From: a bacterium
GTDB lineage: Bacteria > Zhuqueibacterota > Zhuqueibacteria > Oceanimicrobiales > Oceanimicrobiaceae
NCBI GenBank assembly: GCA_046757025.1
Contig: JBHHXN010000131.1
Coordinates: forward strand, 1-14,744
DNA length: 14,744 nt
Direction: 5' to 3'
A model generated the notes under the pieces. That model had not been told where the DNA came from, made no database searches, and saw nothing but the letters and a program-made list of their open reading frames with translations. How positions within the stretch are numbered: position 1 is the first letter of the stretch; each line of letters opens with the position of its first letter. The position numbers were made by a program, and so were the translations under genes. Below are positions 14,724 through 14,744 of this stretch, one piece after another.

Positions 14724-14744
14724 TTCACCCTGAGCCCTTCGACA
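14724..14744. repeat. Possible start of a REP-like palindromic repeat, truncated by the window end
   Basis: TTCACCCTGAGCCCTTCGACA resembles, from memory, a widespread intergenic palindrome family (TCACCCTGAGC...CTTCGACA..CTCAGG). Only one arm is visible. Confidence 0.4.

Overview
Chromosomal bacterial window, probably from an FCB-superphylum lineage such as KSB1 or Calditrichota. This is inferred from T9SS-type C-terminal sorting domains, PV[EQ]LxxF linkers and signal peptides followed by Gln. Gene order: exported di-haem cytochrome c (two PSCyt1-like domains plus a DUF5666-like tail); fused ADP-forming acyl-CoA synthetase; a minus-strand beta-barrel protein with a degenerate OmpA domain; an orphan STAS anti-anti-sigma factor behind a strong promoter; two tandem paralogous secreted proteins with an unrecognised ~420-aa N-terminal domain; radC; a 400-bp intergenic region with a Cys-rich small ORF and alternative hairpins; an OPT-family transporter; a creatininase-family amidohydrolase; mutL; and a possible REP-like repeat cut by the window edge. 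No CRISPR array, tRNA, rRNA, transposase or integrase was seen. The best candidate for an undescribed system is the STAS gene plus the twin T9SS cargo proteins, whose conserved scaffolds carry AT-rich, highly divergent central segments. The OPT/creatininase module with its leader is second.
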